In this document: positions 41,421 to 54,185 of the stretch, one piece after another
Numbering within the stretch: the stretch's first letter is position 1
Layout: each line of letters begins with the position of its first letter
Assembly: GCF_006345805.1 (NCBI RefSeq)
Contig: NC_042997.1
Coordinates: 35,402,001-35,466,000 of the forward strand
From: Octopus sinensis
Lineage: Eukaryota
DNA length: 64,000 nucleotides
Reading direction: 5' to 3'
The notes under the pieces: model-generated
Seen by the model: the letters and a program-made list of their open reading frames with translations, nothing else
Databases searched by the model: none
What the model was told of the DNA's origin: nothing
Position numbers and translations under genes: made by a program

Positions 41421-41981
41421 TAATTTTAGAAAAACTTAGAGGATATGGTAATTTTGAGGTCTAAATAATGCTAAATCTATCTACTGTGTGTATATCACAG
41501 TCGTAGTATATGTCCAAACCACCGTCACGGTCAACTATGTAAATCTGGCTCTTATGTTTATCTTTTAAATTAACAAACCAAAGTACGACAATGTAGCTAA
41601 TTACCCAGTGTTGCAGTAGTATCTGTAATTCTGAACTATACTGACGTATCAGCAACTTAACTTCGTTTAGCGATGAATCTAACCTAATTTTTAATATTAT
41701 TGCATATATACCTATGTCAGCTTCGTTACATTTAGCAGAACTGGTGTCGTGCAAAATTTGATCATATAAATTATTACTGACTTTATACATATTTTTAGTT
41801 TCATTACAGAATACGAATTAGTATTTAGAGCCTTTAAAATTTATAACGTCAAATTTCACTTACGCTTGAAAATTGTTATAGTACATAAAGGAATATTATA
41901 TTAGTTACCAAATCAAGGAGGTCTGCTTTAAGATAGGCTAGATCCGTAAATTCTCTCACTTTCTCTCTCTGTCTGTCCCTG

Positions 41982-42081
<100 letters not shown>

Positions 42082-42892
42082 ATATATTATATATATAATA
42101 TATATATAAATGGAGACAAACGTTCAATCTGCTACTTAGATCATTTACGGTGATATAAATAATTTCAGTAAAGCCTTAAGCTTTTGTCTCTATTTTCAAT
42201 TATCCTTCTGTTCTCCAAACCTCGTCTCGCTTCTCTCGGGAATTAACTCCCATGCAAATGTGCTCAGTAATTCCTAGGACGCTTATGTGACATTTGGGTA
42301 CCTTGTAATTGTTCATCTGGGTCTTGATCTTTCCTATAAATTGAACATTCATATATATATATATATATATATAAGCCTGAATGACAGCATTTCGAATATT
42401 GATCAATTCTCTAAATATAAGATTGTTACTATTGTATCCTTCTTGTTGCAGTCTTAATAAGGATTCATCATATGGTGGAACTGAGCGTCAACGGAAGTCC
42501 AAGAGAAAGAACAACGATTGGGAAGCTGAAATATACAATGCACAATGTACAAAGATATGCTCAAACGTAAATTGAAGTGTTAAAGATATCAGCAGAAACA
42601 TTTAAAGAAATCCGTATTGAATTGTAACTTGAGAGGCTAAGATGCTACAAAGCCATAAAGCACTATGCATTTGGACTTCTGAATCATCTTCAAATCTAAG
42701 ACAAAAGCAAATTAACAAACCAGCCGCTTTGTATCAGTATCCTCTTTGTTGTCCAGCTTGTTTTCTTCTTTGTAAATCGTTGTCTGGTTTAGAGTGCCAT
42801 AAGAGACGTAAGCAAGGGAACTTAGAAAAGAAGTATTCTTACTTATCCATACGTCGGGATCGACTAGATAATCCATTAATATGAGTGGTTTG

Positions 42893-42987
<95 letters not shown>

Positions 42988-43929
42988 TAAATAAGAAAGA
43001 AGAAGAAATGGAGAAATTTTCCTTCGCTGTCAATGAATTCATTGACTCATCATTTGGGAGCCCAAACATAAGCTGCCTTTCTGAACGTGCGTACGTTTAA
43101 AACGATTCATATTCCAACCTACTGTATTTTAAAACTCATCCGTGAAAGCGATGTTTATGGCATGAAAGTAAGTTTCTTTTTATGAGATTTTAAAATTCTC
43201 AATTTAAATAATAAAAGAATATTTAGTGTAACGTAAAGCATGAAGGAAACCCAAGCACATTAATTCTTTCCTCAGCTGAGCAACGAATGGCTGTGAAAGT
43301 TAAAATAGCAGTTACACATTTTTGCTATAGATCATATCTATATTTATCTTGTTTAAAAGAAATAAAACTGAATCAAAATTATATGAAAAAGAAGTATTAA
43401 AAATATAGTATTTTCTTAACAGAGTGACCAGAATCTGTGTGACAGGAAGAAAAATCGCACAGAGGAATGTTTCCAACGATGCTCGGGTATAAGGAATACA
43501 TGGCATATTCGATTAATACCTTTTATATTGCTTTCTTTCTTTTACACATTAAATTAAGAGAAGAATAACAGGCAAAGAAAGGGAAAAAGAAGCAAAAAAT
43601 AAATAAACAAAGCGTGTGAAGTAATGTTTTGTCATGAAATCTCAGGTGAGGCTTAATCAGTTTACTGCGAGAAATATCTTTGAATGTTCATATATATTGC
43701 TTATAAAGGCATCAGATATTAATCAATAAACGATACAAGAATTAGATTGAGCAGGAGAGTGGAAAGATAATGTACAAAATCGTAAAGAATTTATCTTTAA
43801 AAACACTACAAAAAATATATATATAGTATTTATTTTATAAAAAGTAAAGTATTTAGGGAACTGTTTCAAGAAATGAAGACATACATAGAAATATTGAAAG
43901 CGGGAAATAAGAAATGGGAAGAGAATAGT

Positions 43930-43954
43930 GTGTATATATATATATATAATATAT

Positions 43955-44011
<57 letters not shown>

Positions 44012-44019
44012 TGTATATA

Positions 44020-44062
<43 letters not shown>

Positions 44063-44088
44063 ATATATCTGTGTGTGTATGCATGTAT

Positions 44089-44131
<43 letters not shown>

Positions 44132-44190
44132 ATATTATATATATATATATATACATATATACATACATACATATATACATACATATATAT
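43930..44190. repeat. Long interrupted (TA)n tract
   Basis: Direct inspection. Confidence 0.95.
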
Positions 44191-45354
44191 ATACATAGAT
44201 AAATATATTTAGGAGTGTGTGTTTTTATATGAATAACTGCACATATATGTATGAACGTATTGTGAATACGTGGGTATATATGTATGTATGTGTGAGTGAG
44301 TTTTGCTAGTGGGTAGGGACATTTCTAAGTGCTTGTGAAAGAGGAATGAGAAAGGAATGCTCACAAACATATATAGGTAAATAGGCACTAATTTAGGGAA
44401 ATAGGAAAAATAATCAATGTGCAAATGAAATATACATTAGAATAAAACAAAGTAAAATCTAAATTGAATATTCGCTAAAGGTGAAATATCTTTCATGCAG
44501 TGGGTAGAATATGCTAAGCTATTCCTATCCTACGGAAAGAAATCAAATAAAAAGCAAAAGTATGCTCTTTCCGAATTAACGTGTTTAAATAATGAACGCT
44601 TTACAATTGATATATCCCTTTGGGATATGGATTCTCAACTGAGAATAGCTGTAGGATGGGGATATGATCTGAAACCTGCATCAACGAATGACAGCCTACC
44701 TGAATGAATGGTTCAGCCATCTTTTCCTCTCTTGAGCGTGTTTTTTTTTGACATTTTCCCCACTCCTTTCTATTTCGTTCTCACTTGATTCAGGCCATTC
44801 TTCTCGGAAGTGCTGAAGAGCATATTTTGTGATCTTGACATTTTTGTGAGCATTAGGAATTCAGAATTTATATTTTTATTATCAATCCTGGGAATCTTAG
44901 AAAAACTTGCATATACAATAGAGTAGAAAAGTATTTGCTGCTTGATGAAGTTTGAACATGTGTTTCGGATCCATTAAGAGATGCAAAATATATTGTTGAT
45001 CTTTCTGTTTCTGAAACCAAAATGCTTCCCAAATAAAATGATTCAGTATCTGAGCTGGTTCATTATTCCAACAGAGTTTATAGCAAGACAATCCTCCTTC
45101 ACTCTGCTATAACAGGTAGCAGCCGCAAGTCTCCAGGTTTCTCATTTAATACAAAAAACTGTTATATGATTCATTACTACAGCATTAACATTTGCGGGTT
45201 TACTCTTGCCCTCCGCAGATTTTCATACAGATAAAATCGATCATATTATGGCTATACTCGAATAGCTGTAATGTGCCATCGTTGGGTGGGAAAATTAATC
45301 GTTCACCCATTTAAGCCAGTGTTTCTCTATGTTGTGACTATGCGTGTGTGCATA

Positions 45355-45753
45355 TCTTTATATATAAAAGAGAGGTTGTGTGTCTGTCTCCTACGATTTA
45401 GATTCCTAACTACTCCCACATTTTGCGGTGCAGTTTAACCAAAACCGGGTATCTTATAATCGTGATTCATATCGAGCCCTTCTGGGTATTAGCGCGCGTC
45501 TACGACGAGTCTACGATTTCAGAAAAAATTACCATAATTTTTTTTCCATTTTAATGCCTTTTTTCGCTATTATATAAGGGAAGTAACTCTATTATAAAAA
45601 TGTCTACGATGAGTCAACGATTTAAAAAAAAATTACAATCATTTTTTTCCATTTTTAATGCATCTTTTTGCTATTTTTTGGCTATAACTCTCTAAAAAGG
45701 CTTATATAGTTATTTCCCTTACAAACCCGAGTAACGCCGGGCGATACTGCTAG
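45355..45753 (+). mobile_element. Non-autonomous Helitron
   Basis: A|TC start, subterminal hairpin CCCG..CGGG (45726-45741), CTAG|T end, no TSD; second copy at 54183. Confidence 0.85.
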
Positions 45754-45884
45754 TTTATTCTAAAATCTTCAACAACTGAATTTTGCACGCTATTATAACA
45801 ATGATACTAAAATAAACGCTGCACTTGTTCTATTAGTTGACTTACGTACCGTGAAATATTACATATTTCGTACATAGTAATTTT

Positions 45885-46052
45885 TCTTCTTTAGGCACAC
45901 AACCCGAATTTTCTTTTAAGTGTGGGTGTCAAGTCGATTAGATCGACGCCAGTACGCAACTGGTGCTTAATTTTTCGACCTCGAAAAGATGAAAGCAACG
46001 TCGACCTCGGTGGAATTTAAACTCAGAACGTAAAGAGAGACGAAATACCGGT
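45885..46052 (-). mobile_element. SINE family B fragment
   Basis: Match to 31125-31280. Confidence 0.75.
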
Positions 46053-46125
46053 AATATATATGCATGTATATTTGTATTTGTGTACTGTTTTGTGTGTATT
46101 CCACTGATGAGGCGAAGCATTTCTT

Positions 46126-46452
46126 GTGGAAAGCCAGAAATGTGGTCGACCTAACTGTAGTACAAGCCCCCACCTTTTGGAGGGTTCAGAGTTCTTTTTT
46201 ATACAAGCTGAAATATTTAAGATTAAATCAAATTTCACCTGTGCCACGGGAAATCTAATCTATGCCATTATATGTTTAGGGTGTGTTAATTATATTGGCC
46301 AGACAGGAATATCACTCTGTCGAAGAACCACTCACAACAAAGAACAATCCCGCCACTCACAATACAGACAGATACAGATCAGTGAAGACATCGAAAAATG
46401 CGCTAGGAATATTAATCCTAATTTCCTAGTTTTCCCCTTCTATCACTGTTAA
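46126..46452 (+). pseudogene. Penelope-like element GIY-YIG endonuclease fragment
   Basis: KCGRPNC linker, FTCATGNLIYAIICLGC.NYIGQTG..L.RR...H; no RT upstream because the SINE abuts it. Confidence 0.8.
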
Positions 46453-46941
46453 CTGGACACATCAGTACAACAAAGAATAAATCAAGTGGCAACTTTCATC
46501 AATAAAAATCTTCCACAACTCAATATGAACACATAGCATATTACAGGACACTACTAACCTTTCAATTAATACACTAACCCCCATACATCCCATATACCAT
46601 TCACGTTACAGATCTGTATCTACTCTAATTGCAGTAAATCCAGAACTACTTTTACTCATAATCGTTTTACTCAGGGACTAGTAGACCTGACACCGTTCAG
46701 TAATCGGTGTAGATTCAAAGCAAACATTAATAGGTTTACGAAACCGGTATGCTTATAAATCTATTTAACAATTAACAATAATGGCATTTATTACTTTTAT
46801 TCCTACCTCACTTCATCTAATTGTATATATCTTTCATTACTTTTCATAAAATCCCTTTATATTTTTGATTTCCAATGTGCATTTTCACTTATGTTTATTC
46901 TTACTTTCCCCCATCTATCTATCTATCTATCTATCTATCTC

Positions 46942-46979
<38 letters not shown>

Positions 46980-47011
46980 AATCTATCTATATACCTATCT
47001 ATATAAATATA

Positions 47012-47076
<65 letters not shown>

Positions 47077-47112
47077 TGTGTGTATCCATCTCCGTCTCCA
47101 TCTCTCTCACTC

Positions 47113-47157
<45 letters not shown>

Positions 47158-48203
47158 GCATACATATATATATATACATATATATATGTATATATATATA
47201 TATATATACAGAGTGAGAGAGAGGGAGACGGAGATGGATAAATAGACAGAGATTGATAAGTATATCGATAAACAGACAGGTAAATTACTGTATATAAGAA
47301 TAGAAAGGTGTATATAGAATGAAATATTTATTGCGTTAAAGATAACAAAATTATATATATGAGCTATTTATATGTGTCTGCATGTGTGTATGCATAAACA
47401 GGTTGCCATCAAGAAGAAAAAGAAGACGGAGAAGAGAGAGAGAGAGAAAGGCGCGGGTGAGAGAGACAGAAATTTATGAATTTGTATTCAAATGCAAAAA
47501 TGATGCCATTTTCGCATGATCTCCACACCTACATTTATTAGTTCTTACTACGTAAATGACAAGTTCCTATAATAAATTACAATGGTCCAACAACTGCAGC
47601 TGTAACAGCATTCTCAAGCTGGTAATGTATACGCTAATTTGCGTTGTTGAATTTCAATTATAATTTGGTTATAGTGAAAATCTCTCCGAGAGGCCTGTCG
47701 GTTTCTGAGATAAGTAAAACAACCACGTAATTTACATGCGGTGTCACAAGATCAGGTATGATGATTTAAGCACATATAGATGTATGAAACTGAAACTACA
47801 GCTGATTTCAAAATCATGTGTATGTATATAGGCATATGCATTTACATATATGTATATATATATACATATATATATGTTTAAATATATATATATGCATATA
47901 TATATATATGTATATATATATATACATATATATGTATATATATATATATATATGTACATATATATATATATAATATATATATATTTATATATATATATAT
48001 ATATATTTGTTGAAATAGAAAGATGAATTTTCTTGTTACAGATTATTCAAAAGTTTAACCGATACCTGGGTAGCCAAAATCACAGCAGAAAATACACGGT
48101 TGGAGATAAGACCATTTGGTGTTGCAACCGTGCGTTGGTGCGGATAATTGAAGTTTAATATTATTATTGAATGGAAGAAATGGAGTTAAACGAAGATTGT
48201 ACA

Positions 48204-48313
48204 GAATTCCTTTTATTACATTCTACACATGTTTCAAAGGCCACAAATTTCCAAATTCTGATGAAATAAGGGTACCATATTGTGGCTTTCTCATCAGGAA
48301 AAAACAGGAATTC
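48204..48313 (-). ncRNA. Type I hammerhead ribozyme (third family), intact core
   Basis: Mirror of 48398-48507; CTGATGA at 48297-48291; GUA site ends at 48224. Confidence 0.7.
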
Positions 48314-48397
48314 CGTTGACAGAACAAAACGAGGAGGCTCTTTAAGAGCCTCCTCGTTCGAATTGCTGCGCCTCTGTTCTGTTTTGTTCTGTCAACG

Positions 48398-48507
48398 GAA
48401 TTCCTGTTTTTTCCTGATGAGAAAGCCACAATATGGTACCCTTATTTAATCAGAATTTGGAAATTTGTGGCCTTTGAAACATGTGTAGAATGTAATAAAA
48501 GGAATTC
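48398..48507 (+). ncRNA. Type I hammerhead ribozyme (third family), intact core
   Basis: GAATTCC..TTC-CTGATGA(48414-48420)-G-AAAGCCACAA..TTGTGGCCTTT-GAAA(48476-48479)-CA/TG/TG-TA^(48487)-GAA..GGAATTC; palindromic ACATGT in stem III. Confidence 0.7.
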
Positions 48508-48553
48508 TGTACAATATTCGTTCACTCCATTTCTTCCATTCAATAATAATAAT

Positions 48554-48612
<59 letters not shown>

Positions 48613-48617
<5 letters not shown>

Positions 48618-48820
48618 GGAAAGTTTACGAAAATAAACAAAAGATGTAGGCAGGTGGAGTACAACAAACAAATGTATTAGTATAGCTATCAGGAATAGAA
48701 TAGTCTTTTACGTTTCGAGCCTACGCTCTTCGACAAAAAGATACACAGAAAAAAAAACTAGGAGAGAAACAAGGAGAGAAAAAAATGCGTGTAGTAGCTA
48801 ACGATCTATCATGGCGTCCC
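48613..48820 (-). mobile_element. PLE-like terminal repeat with a variant minimal hammerhead (48704-48741)
   Basis: TCTTT-TTGTCGA-A-GAGC/GTAG/GCTC-GAAACGTA-AAAGA. Confidence 0.5.
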
Positions 48821-48822
48821 TG

Positions 48823-48857
<35 letters not shown>

Positions 48858-48889
48858 ATATATATACTAGACAAATACACTAAACCAAT

Positions 48890-48937
48890 AAGCTTTCGAC
48901 AAGGCATCTGTTTTGTGTATCATAAAGAGATAATATA

Positions 48938-49015
<78 letters not shown>

Positions 49016-49072
49016 CTATATATATATATATATCTGTTTATGGCACCAAAACAGATGCCTTGTGGAAAGCTT
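48890..49072. repeat. ~43-bp imperfect inverted repeats enclosing a (TA)n tract
   Basis: AAGCTTTCGACAAGGCATCTGTTTTG.. at 48890 versus ..CAAAACAGATGCCTTGTGGAAAGCTT ending at 49072. Confidence 0.8.
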
Positions 49073-50676
49073 GCTAAACTAAGGTATTCGTCTGGACAAA
49101 GTCTTCTAATATCGTCCCATCCTGTTCAAAGAAAATAACAATTGTATCATCAGCATTTGAAAATAATGCAGAAACGTTGGTGTCATTAGGGAATATGTAA
49201 CTATGCTTCGTTGACGTTTGCCAGTAGCACGGCATGCAAACAAAATTGGGCCCCCCCCCCCACTGCTATAGTTTAGCTGTGAATAAATAATCAATGACAC
49301 CGCATTCAGCCGGCAGTTTATTATCACCGACTGAAAGAGTATTTCTTCAAAATAGCTGTGTATCATACCTAAACCACATATGGTGATGGACGTCTGTTAC
49401 ACATGTAGGCTAACAATCTTTCATAGTCGTGTAGAATCGAAAAGTAACTTCTTTTATTGATGTGTAATCACTGAGTCATTATCCACTATGCAGGGCTAGA
49501 ATCAACGTCATTGTCATTGTACCCATAATCATCTTATCTGGTTTATCAGGAACGTGCATTTACGACAATATAATTCAAAGTGTTCATGTTATGTGGGAAA
49601 CTTTTCTTCTTATTATTAACAAATAGAATAAGTCAGAGATTTTAATATTAAAAAGTATGCTTGTATAATGTTATGATATATGAAACTTTAATATTGTGCT
49701 GATTTGTTAAACGCATTAAAAGAAACTGCGCTTTAAGTGTTATTTTAAATATATGGTATCTAAATGTATCTCAAATAGAAAATATGCATCTGCATACTGC
49801 TGTATATGCATTACTTTTGGACAATATACGTGATGGAAATAACATTTAATCGTGTCAAAAGAACCAAGTAATGTAAATGATACTTATACAGTTACAAAAA
49901 TAGGTAGCAGACACTTAATAAAATCTAAGCATTCAACTTTTAGTTTATATGCCCACAAACGGTATTCTCAATTCGATTGAACTTAATGTATATTCAGTTT
50001 TATACAAAGCATACAAAGTTTCCAAGATGCGGATTGTAACGAAAGTTATAAAAACATTAAATATAAGATCAAAGCGACAATTATATCAAATATATGCAAG
50101 AAAGCTACAAATATACCAACCGTTTTTGATACTAATACAAACAATAATTCTAAGAATTTCAATATGTCACATCTGTTCGCTTTTATGTGGAGATGCTTAG
50201 AAGATATTTCTATCTGTGTTTCATTGTATGGAAATAGTTTTGTATAATTAATTTCACTGCATTGGAAATTTCTCCGAAGGTGGAAACAAGATGTTGTGAC
50301 GCTTAGACTTATCTCAAACATACTGGAAATATAATTGAATTGTTACATGAAGCGGTAACCTAAACTATGTCCTTAGTTACAATGCTATATAAATATATCA
50401 TAATGATGAAAATATGAAAGATGAATATAACAATGACATGGCTAAAATAGCGACGATATTAATGATGATGATGACAAACTGACTGAAATTCCTAATAATG
50501 GTGGTGATAGGCTTGGTTGTAGTAGCGGTGAGATATATATAATGGTAGTGCACAAGTGATGGTATTGGGCGATAGCTGGAATGATGTAGTTAGGCGAAAT
50601 AAATTTTAAAGGCTTATACACGCACAAATCACAAACATATATAAATATATATATACTATATCTCTCTTTATATACT

Positions 50677-51072
50677 CATTTACTCTTTTACTTGCTTCAG
50701 TCACTTGACTGTAGCCATGCTGGAGCACCGCCTTTAGTCGAGCGAACAAATCGACCCCAGGACTCATTCTTTGTAAGCCTAGTACTTATTCTATCGGTTG
50801 TTTTGCCGCACTGCTATGTTACGGGGACGTGAACACACCAGCGTTGGTTGTCAAACGATGTTGGGGGGGACAAACATATACGCACAGATATACACACACT
50901 CACACACATATATACGACGGGCTTCTTTCAGTTTCCGTCTACCAAATCCACTCACAAGGCTTTGGTCGGCCCGAGGCTGTAGTAGAAGACACTTGCCCAA
51001 GGTGCCACGCACTGGGACTGAACCCGGACATGTGGTTCTTAAGCAAGCTACTTACTACATTGCCACACCTAT
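50677..51072 (-). mobile_element. SINE family A, full length
   Basis: Reverse complement of 38686-39125. Confidence 0.85.
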
Positions 51073-51352
51073 ACGAATATTTTATCTTTTCCCTGTTCCA
51101 TTTAAGAGCTGATCCTTCATTTCCTGCCTCCCTTTTCGGCACCTTTTCTGTTCAATGGGCAGTAGGCCACTTATTAACTACTATCTGTGCAGTTCATCGG
51201 CCAAAGCACCTGACATTAGTTCCCACATTAGAGGAAGGCATGCTATTGGTCGAAAGTTGGACGAAACATGTCCTTTTTCGGGGTCCTTAGCACATAACAA
51301 TACCTTTCCCAATTGTCATCAAGCTGGGTACTGCATTCATTATTATTATTAT

Positions 51353-51495
51353 TGAGTGAGAGAGAAGCACATACCATCAAATAGACACTGGGCTAAAATA
51401 TACTACGCCCGATATACCCATCATGACAAGCCATCTAGTAAAGGTACACTACACATGCATCACAAGCATGTGTGCGCGATAATGTCATCTCACGC
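51353..51495 (-). mobile_element. Diverged 3' fragment of the repeat at 52723-53280
   Basis: Reverse-complement similarity to ~53135-53280, with an (ATT)n tail at 51339-51352. Confidence 0.6.
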
Positions 51496-51574
51496 GTGAT
51501 CTTGCTGTGGGTCCTAGTTAGAATTTCGAGTTCAGTAGTCCATCCCGCTTAACGTTCCAGTTTATTATCATTAT

Positions 51575-51928
51575 TATTCAGTAGTTTTATTTTTATAACG
51601 TGCTTTCACTTCACTACCGAGCGCAGCTCTGTGTGTCTTGGGTATGTGCTGTGGTTTGTTGTGATGCTCTCATGGTTACTGTATTGAGTGTGTTTTGCGT
51701 AGGATGTGTGCGGTGCCTAGTAGTGCAATTTTCTGTATGTTATATATAATTGTAAGTCCTGGTGTTTTTGTTATGTAATTGTCTGAATATTTCTTATCGT
51801 ACCTAATGCGCCTACTATGATAGGAATTGTTTCTGTTTTTAGATTCCACATTCGAGTTACCTCTATTTCCAGGTCTTTGTGTTTTGGAATTTTCTCCATT
51901 TCTTTTAGAGAAAAGTTGTCATCTGCTG

Positions 51929-51930
<2 letters not shown>
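51575..51930 (-). mobile_element. R4/Dong-like LINE 3' fragment
   Basis: KEMEKIPKHKDLEIEVTRMWNLKTETIPIIVGALG in ORF 51771-52004; abuts (ATT)n. Confidence 0.8.
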
Positions 51931-51988
<58 letters not shown>

Positions 51989-52074
51989 GCACACACATAT
52001 ACAATGTATTGGGAGCTTTGTGGAAATCACGGTCTACAAGGAGGAAAGACGTTGTAAGTCACGGAGAATGAAAA

Positions 52075-52530
52075 TAGCTAAATCCTGTGAGATACAATAA
52101 TTCATTGTCATAACCTGATCAGACATCGGAAACCGAACATTGTGGTGGTGGAAAAAATGAAAGAACATCCATAATAGTCGAGAAAGCATATGTCGGCGTC
52201 AACAGGATCAAAGAGAATAAAGAAAAACTGAACAACTATGACGACTTAAAGTGAGAAATACGAAATTTGCGGTCAATGGGGAAAGTAAACTGGTACCAGT
52301 AGTTATTGCGGCACTTGGATGTATCAGCACCCAACTTCCATCATGGTTTAAAAGACTTGCACAAATGCAAATGTACGACACCTACAAAAACCCAACATTG
52401 TTAGGAACTGCAAGAATTCTTCTCAGGGTTCTTGAAGTATGACCAGTAAATGTGTGTCACTATTGTCTGCTTGCTGTGGGCAGCTGGCACTTTCCATCTT
52501 ACCCAGCAAAACAAGCTGTGAGTATGCATC
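52075..52530 (+). mobile_element. R4/Dong-like LINE 3' fragment (different subfamily)
   Basis: RKPNIVVVEK, LVPVVIAALG, LLGTARILLRVLEV*; followed by (CAA)(TAA)n. Confidence 0.75.
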
Positions 52531-52544
52531 AAACAACAACAACA

Positions 52545-52721
<177 letters not shown>

Positions 52722-52722
52722 A

Positions 52723-53280
52723 ATGCCCTGATGCAGTACCAGGCAATGGCTCTCATGGCTGTTGATCTTAACTGATTGGAAGTGTTATCATGTACATTGT
52801 TTTGTCTTGGTATAAAAGATGGGCTACAGCAAATATTCTGCTCAATACCACAGATTCGCTTGTCAGTTGTTTGACCTTAACCAGTTGACCATGTCCCTTA
52901 GTGGCTGACGATATGTGCATCTCTGATCACGAGCATAAGTAGTGGGGGAGCATCATAACCATGTGTTGAGAGGGATTCTTTGGGGTTTGAATAATTCACC
53001 TCTGGAAACATGGGTGGTTCTTTCAACATCCTTAAACAACCCTTATTCAGGGACCGCTTGAGCGGGATGGGCTACTCAACCTGAAGAAAATTCTAACTGG
53101 ACCCCACCTGCAAGGTCATGAGCTATTTATCTTGATATGAGATCACAATGTGGCGCACATATGGTTGTGATGCATGTGCCTGGTGTGCCCTTATCAGACG
53201 GGGTAGTCATGATGGGTATATTGGGCTTCGTATATTTTACCCCAGTGTCACTTTGATGGCATGAACTGCTCTCTCACTCA
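52723..53280 (+). mobile_element. Unclassified ~560-bp non-coding repeat flanked by (TAA)n on both sides
   Basis: No ORF; TAA arrays at both ends; diverged relative at 51353-51495. Confidence 0.55.
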
Positions 53281-53297
53281 ATAATAATAATATAATA

Positions 53298-53344
<47 letters not shown>

Positions 53345-53395
53345 TCAACAACGATATGTCTGTATATACTTGTGCGTGCATGTGTGTGTGTATGT

Positions 53396-53463
<68 letters not shown>

Positions 53464-54010
53464 AGGTGTTATAAATTTAACTTATTTTGGCATTACTTCA
53501 AGTTCCTTAGAAGCAGAGCACGAGACAACTCAGATTTTACGGTTCAGAATAATGAGACGTATAAAGCACTTCTGTGTGAGATAATTTTAGGGCCTTCTCG
53601 TTTCATTCTTAGATCACGTGCGGAAATTAGTTACATAACTTTAAGAGATACTCCTCGTTGCGATTCCACGTCATGCAATACTTAAGGTCTTATAGTTTGT
53701 GATTATTAGGTTACTTAGCGATGTCGTTTAGAAATGGAATTAATAATTGGCATTCCGAATAATGTGGATAGTATACTTTAGGTGTCACTCTACTTATCAA
53801 TATGATAACAACATGTCATGGTCACATGATAATTCTTAATCTGGTTATTGTAAGGTTGATGCATTTCTGCTCCATATCATCATTGGTAGCGAGTACTTGT
53901 AGTTAGAAGTGGAATAATCACATTATGTGTTCATTATACTGAAATTGTGCATAGATATTATCAAGTTCATAAAGAGTTTTTTGTTTTCTTTCTGTTATAT
54001 ATATATATAT

Positions 54011-54090
54011 GAGCGTCCAATAATACTATATTTGTTCCACGTCCTCGCGTTGTTGTGCTTTTTTGTGCTTTCTTGTTTGGATTAACTTTA
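54011..54090 (+). mobile_element. 3' fragment of the PLE-like repeat family at 4038 and 24030
   Basis: GAGCGTCCAATAATACTATATTTGTTCCACGTCCTCGCGTTGTTGTG..TTTGGATTAAC. Confidence 0.65.
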
Positions 54091-54101
54091 ATTAACTATA
54101 T

Positions 54102-54182
<81 letters not shown>

Positions 54183-54185
<3 letters not shown>

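Larger units (their letters stand above)
48160..48550. repeat. ~390-bp fold-back (arms 48160-48330 and 48381-48550) with a hammerhead in each arm
   Basis: Arms are near-perfect reverse complements; the spacer holds a perfect 15-bp hairpin at 48328-48358. Confidence 0.9.

Noticed and set aside
46104-46145. CTGATGA-GGC..GCC-AGAAA
   Set aside because: No valid stem III or cleavage triplet; overlaps PLE coding sequence
46715-46755. CGAAACCGGTA-TGCTT downstream of the GIY-YIG ORF
   Set aside because: Right half looks like a PLE hammerhead, but no CTGANGA core is recognisable
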